From an uncultured Enterobacteriaceae bacterium (GTDB lineage: Bacteria > Pseudomonadota > Gammaproteobacteria > Burkholderiales > SG8-39): 64,000 nucleotides of DNA. The translations under genes were made by a program, and so were the position numbers. The first letter of the stretch is position 1, and the number at the start of each line of letters is the position of its first letter. The stretch spans positions 25,685 through 89,684 of the forward strand of contig CAZRMO010000002.1 of NCBI GenBank assembly GCA_964601155.1. Direction: 5' to 3'. Below the pieces are notes generated by a model. That model saw nothing but the letters and a program-made list of their open reading frames with translations. It was not told where the DNA came from and searched no databases. This document shows positions 47,794 through 58,185 of this stretch, piece by piece.

Positions 47794-50700
47794 TCAAATC
47801 GGTTCGTAATTCAGCGCCGGCGCGAGCCATTTTTCAGTCTCGGACAATGCTAAGCCCTTGCGCCGCGCGTAATCCTCGACCTGGTCGCGGCCGATTTTTC
47901 CGACCGCGAAGTACTGCGACTCCGGGTGCGAGAAATAAAACCCGCTCACCGCCGCCGCCGGCCACATGGCATAGCTTTCGGTCAGTGTGATGCCGATCTG
48001 CGGCGCGCCCAGCAGGCGGAACAAATCGCCTTTCTCGGTATGGTCGGGACAGGCAGGATAACCCGGCGCCGGCCGGATGCCGCGGTACTCTTCGCGGATC
48101 AGGGCCTCGTTGTCGAGCGCTTCGTCCGCGGCGTAACCCCAGAGTTCGCGCCGCACGCGCTGGTGCAGGTGCTCGGCGAAGGCCTCGGCGAGACGGTCGG
48201 CCAGGGCCTTCAGCATGATCGCGCTGTAATCGTCATGCCTGGACTCGAATTCCTTTACCCGCGCCTCGATGCCGATGCCGCTGGTCACGGCAAAAGCGCC
48301 GATGTAATCCTTCATCCCCGAGCTCTTTGGTGCGACGAAATCCGCCAGGCAGTAATTCGGCTTGCCCGAAGGCCTTTGCGCCTGCTGGCGCAAATTGTGA
48401 AAATGCATTGCCACCTGGCCGCGCGATTCGTCCGTGTAAATCTCGATGTCATCGCCCACGCTGTTTGCCGGAAACAATCCGACTACCGCGTTTGCGGTCA
48501 GCCATTTTTCCGCGATGATCTTCTGCAGCATCGCCTGTCCCTCGGCGAGCACGTTGCGCGCCGCTTCCCCGACCTGCGGGTCCTGCAGAATCTTGGGATA
48601 GGAGCCGGACAACTCCCAGGTCTGGAAAAAAGGCGACCAGTCGATGTGCTCGGCGATCGCGGCAAGATCGCAATCGCGAAACTCCCTCACCCCGGCGGAT
48701 TTCGGCGCCGGCGGCACGTAAGCCGGCCAGTCGGTGACGAAGGCATTGGCGCGCGCTTGCTCGATCGAGAGCAATGGCGCGCGCGGCTTTTTGGCGAGGT
48801 GCTGGCTGCGGATCTTGTCGTAGTCGGCGCGCACCGTGTGCGCATAGCCTTCGCGCGAGTCATCCGACAGCAGGCTGGAACACACGCCTACCGCGCGCGA
48901 GGCATCCGGCACATATACGGTGGTGCCGCTGTAATTGGGCGCAATCTTCACCGCCGTGTGCACGCGCGAGGTGGTTGCGCCGCCGATCAGCAGCGGAATG
49001 CTGAAACCTTCGCGCTCCATCTCGTGCGCCACGTGCGCCATCTCTTCGAGCGAAGGCGTGATCAGCCCAGACAGGCCAATGATGTCGCATTTCTCTTCTC
49101 GCGCCACCTGCAGGATCTTGCTTGCCGGCACCATGACACCGAGGTTAACGACCTCGTAGTTGTTGCACTGGAGCACCACGGCGACGATATTCTTGCCGAT
49201 ATCGTGCACGTCGCCCTTCACCGTTGCGACCACGATCTTGCCCTTGGGCTTGGCCGCTTCCCCGGATTCCAGCGCGAGCTTCTCCTTTTCCGCCTCGATG
49301 TAGGGCACCAGATGCGCCACCGCCTGCTTCATCACCCGCGCCGATTTCACCACCTGCGGCAGAAACATTTTGCCGGCGCCGAACAAGTCGCCGACCACGT
49401 TCATCCCGTCCATGAGCGGGCCTTCGATCACGTGGATCGGGCGCCCACCCTCGCGGTCGGCCTGTTGCCGCGCCTCTTCCGTGTCCTCGACGACCCAATC
49501 GGTGATCCCTTTTACCAAGGCGTGCGACAGGCGCGCCTCCACGCTCTGCTTGCGCCACGCCAGATCCTCGACCTGCACCTTGCCGCCGCCTTTGATCGTC
49601 TCGGCGAACGCGACCAGGCGCTCGGCCGCGTCCGGCCTGCGGTTGAGAATGATGTCTTCGACGTGTTCGAGTAGCTCTTTTGGAATTTCCTCGTACACGC
49701 CGAGCTGGCCGGCGTTGACGATGCCCATGGACATGCCCGCCTTAATCGCATGGTAGAGAAAGGCGGTGTGGATCGCCTCGCGCACGGCGTCGTTGCCGCG
49801 GAAGGAGAAAGAAACATTGGACACGCCGCCCGATACTCTGGCGTAGGGAAGGTTGGCGCGGACCCAGCGCGTCGCCTCGATGTAATCGAGCGCATAGTTG
49901 CTGTGTTCCTCGATCCCGGTGGCGATGGCGAAGATGTTCGGATCGAAAATGATGTCCTCGGCCGGAAAGTGGACTTCGCCGATCAGGATGTCGTAGCAGC
50001 GCCGGCAAATGATCTTGCGCCGCTCCAGGCTGTCGGCCTGACCCTGTTCGTCGAACGCCATGACGATAACCGCCGCGCCGTAGCGGCGCGCCAGCCTCGC
50101 CTGGCGCACGAATTCGTCCTTGCCTTCCTTGAGCGAGATCGAGTTCACTACCGCCTTGCCCTGCACGCATTTCAGCCCGGCCTCGATCACCGACCACTTG
50201 GAAGAATCGAGCATCAGCGGCACGCGCGAGATGTCGGGCTCGGACGCGACGAGGTTGAGGAAAGTGACCATGGCCTTATGCGAATCGAGCATCGCCTCGT
50301 CCATGTTCACGTCGACCATTTGCGCGCCGCTCTCGACCTGCTGGCGCGCCACCGCTAGGGCCGCCGTGTAATCGCCGGCGAGGATCAGGCGCGCGAACGC
50401 CTTGGAACCGGTGACGTTGGTGCGCTCGCCGACGTTGACGAACAGCGAGTCGTCGCCGATGTTGAGCGGCTCCAGGCCCGACAGGCGCAGCTTCGTTTCG
50501 ATCTGCGGTAGCTGCCGCGGCGGCAGGCCTTTGACCGCGCGCGCGATTGCCCGGATGTGAGCGGGCGTGGTGCCACAGCAGCCGCCTACGATATTGAGGA
50601 AACCACTCTGGGCGAATTCCTGTAGCTGTCCAGAGGTATAGTCCGGCGTCTCGTCGTAGCCGGTTTCCGACAGGGGATTGGGCAGCCCGGCGTTGGGATA

Positions 50701-51510
50701 ACAGCTGAGGTAGGTGTCGGCGACACCGGACAGTTCCTCGATATAGGGCCGCATCAGCTTTGCGCCCAGGGCGCAATTCAGCCCCACTGCCAGCGGGCGC
50801 GCGTGGCGCACCGAGTTCCAGAACGCTTCCGGCGTCTGTCCGGTGAGCGTGCGACCAGAGGCGTCGGTGATGGTGCCGGAGATGATAATAGGCCAGCGCC
50901 GGCCGCGCTCTTCGAACGCACAGTCGATCGCGAACAGCGCGGCTTTGGCGTTGAGCGTATCGAAAATGGTTTCGACCAGAATCAGGTCGGCGCCACCGTC
51001 GAGCAGCCCGCGTAGCGATTCAGCGTAGGCTGCGACCAGGGTATCAAAGTCGATGTTGCGAAAACCGGGATCGTTGACGTCGGGCGAAATCGAAGCCGTC
51101 TTGGTCGTGGGGCCGAGCACGCCGGCGACAAAACGCGGCTGGTCCGGCGTGCTGTGCACGCAGGCATCGGCGGCGGCGCGCGCCAGGCGCGCCGCCTCGC
51201 GGTTGAGTTCGTACACCAGGTCCTGCAGGCCGTAGTCGGCCATCGACGGCGCGTTCGCGTTGAAAGTGTTGGTGGAGACGATGTCCGCGCCGGCATTCAG
51301 GTAGGCGTCGTGAATCTCCCGAATGATGCCCGGCTGGGTTAGCGACAAGAGGTCGTTGTTGCCCCTGAGGTCGCGGTCGAATGCGGCGAAACGCTCACCC
51401 CGATAGTCCGGCTCGGCGAGCTTGTAGCCCTGGATCATGGTGCCCATAGCGCCGTCCAGAACCAGAATGCGTTCGCCGAGCAGGCGTTCCAATTGTGCAG
51501 CTTTGTTCAT
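47794..51510 (-). CDS. metH: Cobalamin-dependent methionine synthase
   Basis: 1238 aa. Homocysteine and pterin-binding barrels, B12-binding [10 protein letters not shown] (DxHxxG), and a C-terminal AdoMet reactivation domain. Confidence 0.97.
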   Translation of the reverse strand: MNKAAQLERLLGERILVLDGAMGTMIQGYKLAEPDYRGERFAAFDRDLRGNNDLLSLTQPGIIREIHDAYLNAGADIVSTNTFNANAPSMADYGLQDLVYELNREAARLARAAADACVHSTPDQPRFVAGVLGPTTKTASISPDVNDPGFRNIDFDTLVAAYAESLRGLLDGGADLILVETIFDTLNAKAALFAIDCAFEERGRRWPIIISGTITDASGRTLTGQTPEAFWNSVRHARPLAVGLNCALGAKLMRPYIEELSGVADTYLSCYPNAGLPNPLSETGYDETPDYTSGQLQEFAQSGFLNIVGGCCGTTPAHIRAIARAVKGLPPRQLPQIETKLRLSGLEPLNIGDDSLFVNVGERTNVTGSKAFARLILAGDYTAALAVARQQVESGAQMVDVNMDEAMLDSHKAMVTFLNLVASEPDISRVPLMLDSSKWSVIEAGLKCVQGKAVVNSISLKEGKDEFVRQARLARRYGAAVIVMAFDEQGQADSLERRKIICRRCYDILIGEVHFPAEDIIFDPNIFAIATGIEEHSNYALDYIEATRWVRANLPYARVSGGVSNVSFSFRGNDAVREAIHTAFLYHAIKAGMSMGIVNAGQLGVYEEIPKELLEHVEDIILNRRPDAAERLVAFAETIKGGGKVQVEDLAWRKQSVEARLSHALVKGITDWVVEDTEEARQQADREGGRPIHVIEGPLMDGMNVVGDLFGAGKMFLPQVVKSARVMKQAVAHLVPYIEAEKEKLALESGEAAKPKGKIVVATVKGDVHDIGKNIVAVVLQCNNYEVVNLGVMVPASKILQVAREEKCDIIGLSGLITPSLEEMAHVAHEMEREGFSIPLLIGGATTSRVHTAVKIAPNYSGTTVYVPDASRAVGVCSSLLSDDSREGYAHTVRADYDKIRSQHLAKKPRAPLLSIEQARANAFVTDWPAYVPPAPKSAGVREFRDCDLAAIAEHIDWSPFFQTWELSGSYPKILQDPQVGEAARNVLAEGQAMLQKIIAEKWLTANAVVGLFPANSVGDDIEIYTDESRGQVAMHFHNLRQQAQRPSGKPNYCLADFVAPKSSGMKDYIGAFAVTSGIGIEARVKEFESRHDDYSAIMLKALADRLAEAFAEHLHQRVRRELWGYAADEALDNEALIREEYRGIRPAPGYPACPDHTEKGDLFRLLGAPQIGITLTESYAMWPAAAVSGFYFSHPESQYFAVGKIGRDQVEDYARRKGLALSETEKWLAPALNYEPI

Positions 51511-51566
51511 TTAGTGCCTATTGCGAAATGCAGGGATGTTCACCCCGTGCTTTTTCGAATTGAAGG

Positions 51567-51587
51567 CATTTCGGAAATTCTGAAATG
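51567..51587. promoter_or_regulatory. 21-bp dyad CATTTCnGAAnTTCnGAAATG upstream of metH
   Basis: catttcggaaattctgaaatg is self-complementary except at the three n positions. It lies 57-77 nt upstream of the metH ATG. It resembles LysR/MetR-type interrupted dyads; the regulator assignment is inference. Confidence 0.35.
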
Positions 51588-51615
51588 CGCTGAAGTTGAG
51601 GTGAGGTCGGCAAAT

Positions 51616-51645
51616 AAAAAACCCGCCCTGCCTGCCAGGTACGGG
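51616..51645 (-). terminator. Intrinsic-terminator-like hairpin plus U-tract on the minus strand inside the metH upstream region
   Basis: Minus-strand RNA CCCGUACCUGGCAGGCAGGGCGGG-UUUUUUAUUU. The stem is 9 bp with one bulged A and a 5-nt loop. It lies about 105 nt upstream of the metH ATG, with no upstream minus-strand gene. Confidence 0.45.
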
Positions 51646-51833
51646 TTCCCTCGCTTTAGCAGTATTTGTTTTTCGTCCGGCGGGGACCGGCGGCGCCCGC
51701 AATCGGACATCAAATCGGCGCGATGCCCAATTTTAGCGCGGGCGCGCGCCCCTTGTCCACCCGCGCGGGGCTGCATTCGCGTACAGCGCGCCGACGCCTT
51801 ATACTATGCGCTTTACCGCCGACGCCGGAAATC

Positions 51834-52220
51834 ATGCAGCATTTGACGCCAAAGGAAGCCTACGAATTCCTGCACCAGCATCCGACTGCGATATTCATCG
51901 ATTGCCGCAGCGAAATGGAGTTCCTGTTCGTCGGCCACCCGTCCGGTGCGATCATGATTCCCTGGAACGATGGCCCCGACTGGGAGGTGAATCCGCATTT
52001 CGTCGGACACGTGAAGAAGGCTGCAAGTGTGGACCGCCCGCTGGTGCTGATCTGTCGCAGCGGCAATCGCTCGCTCGACGCCGGCGCGGCGCTGGAGAAA
52101 GCCGGCTTCACCCAAGTCTACAATGTGCTGCACGGCTTCGAGGGTGAATTGAACGACCAGCACCGGCGCAACTCCGTCACCGGCTGGCGCCACGACGGAC
52201 TACCGTGGGAACAATGCTGA
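51834..52220 (+). CDS. Rhodanese-domain sulfurtransferase
   Basis: ATG 51834 within ORF 51666..52220. Active-site loop CRSGNRS. Confidence 0.85.
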   Translation: MQHLTPKEAYEFLHQHPTAIFIDCRSEMEFLFVGHPSGAIMIPWNDGPDWEVNPHFVGHVKKAASVDRPLVLICRSGNRSLDAGAALEKAGFTQVYNVLHGFEGELNDQHRRNSVTGWRHDGLPWEQC

Positions 52221-52287
52221 CAAGCGCGGATCGGGAATGATCCGGCCGCGCGCCGGATACGGTCCGAGTTCCGCATAAGTACCCGCC

Positions 52288-53571
52288 GTGACGTCACGTG
52301 AGCGCGTCTATCCGCCGCTGCGCCTTGGCTTTGCCACGTGGGGCTTGGGCGCCGCTTTTTATCTGATCGGCTTCTACCAGCGCGTCGCACCGGCGGTTAT
52401 CACGCGCGAACTGATGAGCGAGTTCACGCTCGGCGCCGCCGCATTGGGCAATCTCGCCGCGCTCTACTACTACAGTTATGTAGCGATTCAGATACCGGCG
52501 GGCCTGCTCGCCGATCGCTGGGGCCCGCGGCGCGTGCTCACCGCCGGAGCCGCGATCGCCGCGGCAGGCACACTGCTGTTTGCGCTCGCGCCGGATTATG
52601 CCCTGGCGGGCCTGGGCCGGCTGCTGATCGGGGGCTCGGTCGGCGTCGCCTTCGTCTCCATGCTCAAGCTCGCGGGCCACTGGTTCGCGCCTACGCGCTT
52701 TGCCATGATCGCCGGCCTCGCGCTGGCCTGCGGCGTCCTAGGTGCGGTCTCCGCCGGCGTGCCCCTGCGCCTGCTGGTGGATGCCTTCGGCTGGCGCAAT
52801 GTCATGAGCGCCGCCGCCGCCGTAACCGTGCTGCTCGCGGTGGCGATCTGGCTGGCGGTGCGCGACGACCCCGCCGAGCGCGGTTACGCCAGCTACGCGC
52901 CGGTCGCGCCCACGCAGCATGCGCCGATACTGGCAAGCATCGGGCGGGCGCTGGCCACGCGCAATGTCTGGCTGGTGTTCCTGATCTCGGGCGCGGTTTC
53001 GGGCCCGGCGCTCACCTTTGGCGGCTTGTGGGGCGTGCCCTTCCTGAGCACGCAATACGGAATCAGCATTTCGCAGGCTTCCATGATCACCTCGCTGGTC
53101 CTAGTTTGCTGGGCGGTGACCGGGCCGTTCGTGGGGGCGCTCTCGGACCGCTTGCGCCGGCGCAAGCCCCTGTATGTCCTAGGTGCCGTGGTCGCCGCCG
53201 CGGGCTGGTGCTGCGCCCTGCTGCTGCCGAACCTGCCGCTCACCTTGGTGATCGTCCTCCTCGCAATCACCGGCTGCGCTTCGTCCGCAGTGATGGTGGG
53301 CTTCGCCATCGCCAAGGAATCGGCGCCGGCGGCCCTGGCCGGAACCGCGGGCGGCATTGCCAATATGGGCAATATGCTGGGCGGCATGATCATGCAGCCG
53401 GCGGTCGGATGGGTGCTGGACCGGCGCTGGGCCGGGACGCTGGCCAACGGCGCGCGCGTCTACGATTTCAACGCCTACCGCGCCGGCTTTGCGCTGATGC
53501 TTGCTTGGCTCGCAGCCGCGCTCTTACTGCTCGTGTTCGTGCGCGAAACCCATTGCCGCCAGACGCAGTAG
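52288..53571 (+). CDS. MFS transporter
   Basis: 427 aa with about 12 predicted TM helices. The MFS loop motif is G.LADRWGPRR. GTG start. Confidence 0.85.
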   Translation: MTSRERVYPPLRLGFATWGLGAAFYLIGFYQRVAPAVITRELMSEFTLGAAALGNLAALYYYSYVAIQIPAGLLADRWGPRRVLTAGAAIAAAGTLLFALAPDYALAGLGRLLIGGSVGVAFVSMLKLAGHWFAPTRFAMIAGLALACGVLGAVSAGVPLRLLVDAFGWRNVMSAAAAVTVLLAVAIWLAVRDDPAERGYASYAPVAPTQHAPILASIGRALATRNVWLVFLISGAVSGPALTFGGLWGVPFLSTQYGISISQASMITSLVLVCWAVTGPFVGALSDRLRRRKPLYVLGAVVAAAGWCCALLLPNLPLTLVIVLLAITGCASSAVMVGFAIAKESAPAALAGTAGGIANMGNMLGGMIMQPAVGWVLDRRWAGTLANGARVYDFNAYRAGFALMLAWLAAALLLLVFVRETHCRQTQ

Positions 53572-53738
53572 TCTGGCGGGCGCGAGAACGACGTTGCGGC
53601 GTACCTGCCATTGATGTAGATTCCGCAGCAGTTGGTCAGAAATACCGCGCAAGCACCCAGTCCAATATAGAGGTGTGGAGCGCGGTCGAATCAGAACCGA
53701 ATTCCGGTCAGCCAATCAACAAGGGGGAGTAAGTCATC

Positions 53739-54788
53739 ATGATAAAGAAACCGACGCGAATTGCATTGACCGGCGCCATCCTGGGCCTAGCCATGGCTCT
53801 ATCCGGGCTTGTGCAAGCCGCACCCAAATATATATTCAAGCTGCACCACTTTCTGAGCGCAAAGTCGCCGGCCCAAACCAAGATGCTCGAGCCGTGGGTG
53901 GCTCAGGTGGAGAAGAATTCCGGCGGGCGCGTCAGAATCGACATCTATCCGTCCATGACCCTAGGCGGCAGCCCGCCGCAGCTGATTAACCAGGTCCGCG
54001 ACGGCGTCGTCGATCTAGTCTGGACCGTCAACGGCTACACGCCGGGATTGTTCCCGCGTACGGAGGTGTTCGAACTGCCGTTCATCCACACCAACAATCC
54101 CGGTGCGACTTCGCGCGCGATGTACGACATGTTCAAGGAAGATCTCGCTCCGGAGTACAAGGGCGTGGAGGTCATGTTCCTGCACGTGCATGCCGGTCAG
54201 GCTTTCCAGATGGTCGACAAGCCAGTGCGCAAGCCTTCGGACCTCGCGGGTCTGAAGATACGCATCCCGAGCCGAACAGGCGCGTGGGTCATCGAGGCGC
54301 TCGGCGCGACGCCGGTCGGCATGCCGGTGCCACAGCTGCCGCAGGCGCTGTCGAAGAAGATCGTAGACGGTGCGCTGATCCCATGGGAGATCATCCCGCC
54401 GCTCAAGCTACAGAATCAAACCGAGTACGACATCGAAGGTCCGAACAAGACCCGTTTCGGCACCACCACGTTCCAGGTGTCGATGAACAAGGCGCGCTGG
54501 GACAGCCTACCCGCCGATATCAAGAAGGCCTTCAGGGATGCATCCGGTCCAGACTGGTGGCGGAAAGTCGGCGATATCTGGGCCGCCGATGACGATGAAG
54601 GCATCGCGGTCGCGGTAAAATCCGGCAACAAGCACATCATGCTTACCGACGCCGAGATGGCGGCTTTCCGCACCAAGCTTAATCCGGTTGTCGATCGCTG
54701 GATCGCCGAAGTCAATAGCAAGGGTATCGACGGCGCGGCGCTGGTAGCGAAGGCGCGCAGACTGATCGCCAAGTACTCCAAGCAGTAG
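53739..54788 (+). CDS. TRAP transporter substrate-binding protein (DctP family)
   Basis: Signal peptide MIKKPTRIALTGAILGLAMALSGLVQA. DctP-like body. Followed by Q and M subunits. Confidence 0.88.
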   Translation: MIKKPTRIALTGAILGLAMALSGLVQAAPKYIFKLHHFLSAKSPAQTKMLEPWVAQVEKNSGGRVRIDIYPSMTLGGSPPQLINQVRDGVVDLVWTVNGYTPGLFPRTEVFELPFIHTNNPGATSRAMYDMFKEDLAPEYKGVEVMFLHVHAGQAFQMVDKPVRKPSDLAGLKIRIPSRTGAWVIEALGATPVGMPVPQLPQALSKKIVDGALIPWEIIPPLKLQNQTEYDIEGPNKTRFGTTTFQVSMNKARWDSLPADIKKAFRDASGPDWWRKVGDIWAADDDEGIAVAVKSGNKHIMLTDAEMAAFRTKLNPVVDRWIAEVNSKGIDGAALVAKARRLIAKYSKQ

Positions 54789-54794
54789 AGTAAA

Positions 54795-55322
54795 TTGGTC
54801 GCGGAAACGCCTGAAGCATCGCGGTGGGCGAAATTCGATAAACTCGCCCGCCGCCTTATCGAGGGATGGGCGCTGCTCGGCGGGGTGCTGCTGCTAACCA
54901 TCGCGCTGATGAACACCTGGTCGGTGATCTCCTTGGCCGTTCTTGGTTTCCCGGTGCCCGGAGACTTCGAGATGGTAAAGATGGGCGTCGCCATCGCCGC
55001 GTTCAGCTTTCTGCCCTACTGCCAGCTGAAGGGCGCCAACGTCACTGCCGATATTTTCACCGCATGGGCGTCACGCAAAACGGTGGCGGCATTCGAACTG
55101 TTGGCGGCAATCGTGGCGGCGCTTTTCTCCGTTCTCCTGCTCTGGAGGATGTCGTACGGGATGGTCAGTTACCTGCGCTACGACGAGGTTACGACCATCC
55201 TGAACATTCCGCAGTGGACCGCCTTCCCGCCTATCCTGGCCTCGCTTGCATTGCTCGTTCTCGCCGCAGCGCTCACCCTGCACGAGGCGATCATCGAGAT
55301 GCGCTCCGGAAATCCCGCATAA
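54795..55322 (+). CDS. TRAP transporter small permease (DctQ family)
   Basis: 175 aa, four hydrophobic helices, lying between the P and M subunits. TTG start is uncertain. Confidence 0.8.
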   Translation: MVAETPEASRWAKFDKLARRLIEGWALLGGVLLLTIALMNTWSVISLAVLGFPVPGDFEMVKMGVAIAAFSFLPYCQLKGANVTADIFTAWASRKTVAAFELLAAIVAALFSVLLLWRMSYGMVSYLRYDEVTTILNIPQWTAFPPILASLALLVLAAALTLHEAIIEMRSGNPA

Positions 55323-55337
55323 GCCGAGCTGGACGAC

Positions 55338-56696
55338 GTGGAATATCAACTTCTGACTGGTATCGTCGGGCTGCTCGCGCTGGTCGCGCTGATCGCCATC
55401 CGCATGCCCATCGCCTATGCCATGATCCTAGTCGGGGGCGTCGGCGTGACCATCCTCAACGGGCCGGATATCTTCCTGGCGCAACTCAAGAACCTGGCCT
55501 ATTCCCAGTTCTCGATCTACGATCTGTCTGTGGTGCCGATGTTTGTCCTGATGGGCTCCATTGCGACCCAGGCAGGGCTGTCGCGCGATCTCTTCGCCGC
55601 CGCCAATGCCTGGCTCGGATGGTTGCGCGGCGGAGTCGCAATGTCGGCCATTGCCGCCTGCGCCGGATTCGGTGCGGTCTGCGGTTCGTCGCTCGCGACC
55701 GCTTCCACCATGGGGCAGGTTGCGTTTCCAGAGCTGCGCCGCTATCACTACAAGGACGCGCTGGCCACCGGAACCCTGGCTGCCGGCGGGGTTCTAGGCA
55801 TCCTGATCCCGCCGTCGGTGGTGCTGGTCATCTATGCCATCATCGTCGAGGCCAACATCATAACCATGTTCATGGCCGCGATGCTGCCCGGCATCCTCGC
55901 GGTCGTCATGTTTATGGTGACCATCGCCCTCTACGTCGCCTTCTTTCCGGAATCCGGGCCCAAAGGTCGCGCCGCTGGTCGCGCCGAGTTCATCGTGGCA
56001 ACAGTCCGCGTCCTGCCGGTGCTGGTGATCTTCGGGATAGTCATTGGCGGCATCTATGCAGGCCTGTTTGACCCGACCCCGGCGGCAGCCGTAGGCGTCG
56101 TCCTGGTAGCGATCTACGGCATCGCCCGCGGATCGGTGAAACTGCCTCAGTTGAAGCTTTCGCTGCTCGAGACCGCGCGCACCACCGGCATGATCTACCT
56201 GATACTGCTCGGCGCCGAAATGCTCAAGATATTCATGGCGCGCGGCGGCGTACCGCAGGCGATGGCGACGTGGATGCTCGGCTCAGGACTGTCGGCGATG
56301 TCGATATTGATCATCCTGCTGATCGCGCTGATTCTCCTGGGCTGCCTGATGGACAGCCTGTCGATGATCCTGCTGGCGATTCCGTTCTTCTGGCCGGTGC
56401 TGGTCGCCATCAACGGCGGCGACCACGTCAGCGCCGCCAACGCCGCCTTCGGCATGACGGCTGAAGACCTGAAGATCTGGTTCGGCATCCTCGCGCTGGT
56501 CGTGGTCGAACTGGGGCTGATTACGCCGCCGGTGGGAATGAACGTCTTCGTCATATCGGCGATGGTTCCGGATGTGCCGATGGGCAAAATCTTCCTCGGC
56601 GTGGTACCGTTTTTCGTCTCGGAGATGATCCGCGTAACCTTGCTGGTCATGTTCCCAGCCATCACCCTCTGGTTGCCGAGGATACTTAGCGGCTGA
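55338..56696 (+). CDS. TRAP transporter large permease (DctM family)
   Basis: 452 aa polytopic protein of typical DctM length and position. GTG start. Confidence 0.88.
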   Translation: MEYQLLTGIVGLLALVALIAIRMPIAYAMILVGGVGVTILNGPDIFLAQLKNLAYSQFSIYDLSVVPMFVLMGSIATQAGLSRDLFAAANAWLGWLRGGVAMSAIAACAGFGAVCGSSLATASTMGQVAFPELRRYHYKDALATGTLAAGGVLGILIPPSVVLVIYAIIVEANIITMFMAAMLPGILAVVMFMVTIALYVAFFPESGPKGRAAGRAEFIVATVRVLPVLVIFGIVIGGIYAGLFDPTPAAAVGVVLVAIYGIARGSVKLPQLKLSLLETARTTGMIYLILLGAEMLKIFMARGGVPQAMATWMLGSGLSAMSILIILLIALILLGCLMDSLSMILLAIPFFWPVLVAINGGDHVSAANAAFGMTAEDLKIWFGILALVVVELGLITPPVGMNVFVISAMVPDVPMGKIFLGVVPFFVSEMIRVTLLVMFPAITLWLPRILSG

Positions 56697-56804
56697 TTCG
56701 CGGCGCGCCGATCATTGCGGACCGACGACAGATCGGTATCAGCTACCGGTCGGCGCAGTCCTCTGCCCTCGCCCAATGTCCGGCCGTTCTCTGCGTATCG
56801 CCGC

Positions 56805-57635
56805 TCACTGGCGCCATACCGCCAGATTTGCGTTGCCGCTGCCTGAAGACTGGGCGTAGCCGCCAAACTGCTCACCAGCGAGCCGCGCACCATCTTCCTT
56901 CAACGCCTGCAAGGCGCCGAGCATGACAGCCAGGGGCTTGCCGTTCATTTCCGCCACCGCCGCGCGGCTGTATTCAGGAAACCCGGCAATCGCTTCTGCC
57001 AGCGCCCCTTGCTTCAGCTGATTGATGAAGCGCTGGTCCAGCGCTTCGCGCTCAGGCGTGGGCTTCAAGTGACGGCCGCGCACCAGATCGTGGCTAAAGG
57101 CAGAACTCGCGAGGAACACGACGCGCCTACCCAGGCGCTTCGCCGTCGCATGCACGGCACGTCCCGCCTGCATGCACTCGGCATGATCGGCGAGAATTAC
57201 CGTAGGCATCTGCACCACCGGCACCTCCGCATCGGGGTCCAGGTGCAGCAGCGGCACCAGGCTGCCGTAGTCCCAAGCGTAGTGCGGCGTTTCATTGCGG
57301 CCGCCGGGAAGTCCCTGCGCCTGCCATTCTTCGACCATGGCAGAGGCGAACTCGCTGTCGCCCTTGCGCCGATAGGGTATGCCCGGAATCAAATCGGGTG
57401 CCTCGTCCGCAACGCACATGCCTTCGTGCACGCTCTGGCAGGTCGCATACCAGCCAAAGGTGCAGATCCAGTGCGCCGAGTTGACCACAAACAGGTCCGG
57501 TTTCAGATCGCGCAAGGCGCGGCCCAGCGCGCGCTCGCCCTCGACCAGGGTAAGCTGGAAGTCGGGGGTGTTCTGCGCCAGGCCCAGCGTTGGCACATGG
57601 GGCACGACAGCAGCGGAGATAACGCCCGGTTCCAT
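56805..57635 (-). CDS. Class III (LigB-type) extradiol ring-cleavage dioxygenase, single subunit
   Basis: AAVVPHVP N-terminal His motif, then NSAHW, WDYGSLVPL and SSAFSHDL segments typical of the LigB/MEMO-fold dioxygenase superfamily. No LigA-like small subunit nearby. Confidence 0.75.
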   Translation of the reverse strand: MEPGVISAAVVPHVPTLGLAQNTPDFQLTLVEGERALGRALRDLKPDLFVVNSAHWICTFGWYATCQSVHEGMCVADEAPDLIPGIPYRRKGDSEFASAMVEEWQAQGLPGGRNETPHYAWDYGSLVPLLHLDPDAEVPVVQMPTVILADHAECMQAGRAVHATAKRLGRRVVFLASSAFSHDLVRGRHLKPTPEREALDQRFINQLKQGALAEAIAGFPEYSRAAVAEMNGKPLAVMLGALQALKEDGARLAGEQFGGYAQSSGSGNANLAVWRQ

Positions 57636-57647
57636 GGAATGTCCTCG

Positions 57648-58094
57648 CTATACAGCCTTGGTTTCGGCTTCGCGCTTGGCTAGGTTGGCGAGGATTTCCG
57701 CGCCGCGGTTGGCCGCAGGCAGGCCGCGGAAAAGAAAACAAAGATTGATCACCCCCTGCAACTCCTCCCAGCTCGCGCCCGCGCGCCGCGCCGCGATCGC
57801 GTGCAGCGGGGCCGCGTCGCTCAGATCCATCAGCAGCATGCCGAACAGCATCATTTGGGCGGTTTTCACGTCGAAGCACTTGGGGTACATGCCGTGCTCG
57901 CGGATGCGCTCCTGCAAATCCAGCATCTGCGGGTCGAGCGCGCCGGTCACATTGAGCCGCGCCTCAATGCGCGGCGGGACGAAGCCGATCAACTCCTGAT
58001 AGATCGCGGCGCGCTGCGCCATCGTCTCTTTATCGTCGGCGTATTCGCCCATCGCAGCCTGTACGGCCTTGATGTCTATGCGTGGTGGCAGCAT
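57648..58094 (-). CDS. Carboxymuconolactone decarboxylase (AhpD-like) family protein
   Basis: 148-aa all-helical protein resembling CMD/AhpD-fold proteins, a call made from memory. Its stop is 12 nt upstream of the dioxygenase start. Confidence 0.6.
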   Translation of the reverse strand: MLPPRIDIKAVQAAMGEYADDKETMAQRAAIYQELIGFVPPRIEARLNVTGALDPQMLDLQERIREHGMYPKCFDVKTAQMMLFGMLLMDLSDAAPLHAIAARRAGASWEELQGVINLCFLFRGLPAANRGAEILANLAKREAETKAV

Positions 58095-58185
58095 GAGCCT
58101 CCCGGTAATGATTTGTCAGAACGAATACGCGCAGGCGCAGCTGTGCCGCTTAGCGCTCCCGTCGCGTACAAGAATATTGTTCGAC

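Noticed and set aside
51511-51833. A known riboswitch (cobalamin, SAH, SAM-II) in front of metH.
   Set aside because: I looked on the minus strand for the B12 box/GCCACTG context, the AGGGAA...GGTG...AATCC core and the SAH CGAGGAGCG...AACGGCGCUCA core. I found only an isolated AGGGAA. That is not enough to call a known class; the structure is reported as an unassigned terminator instead.
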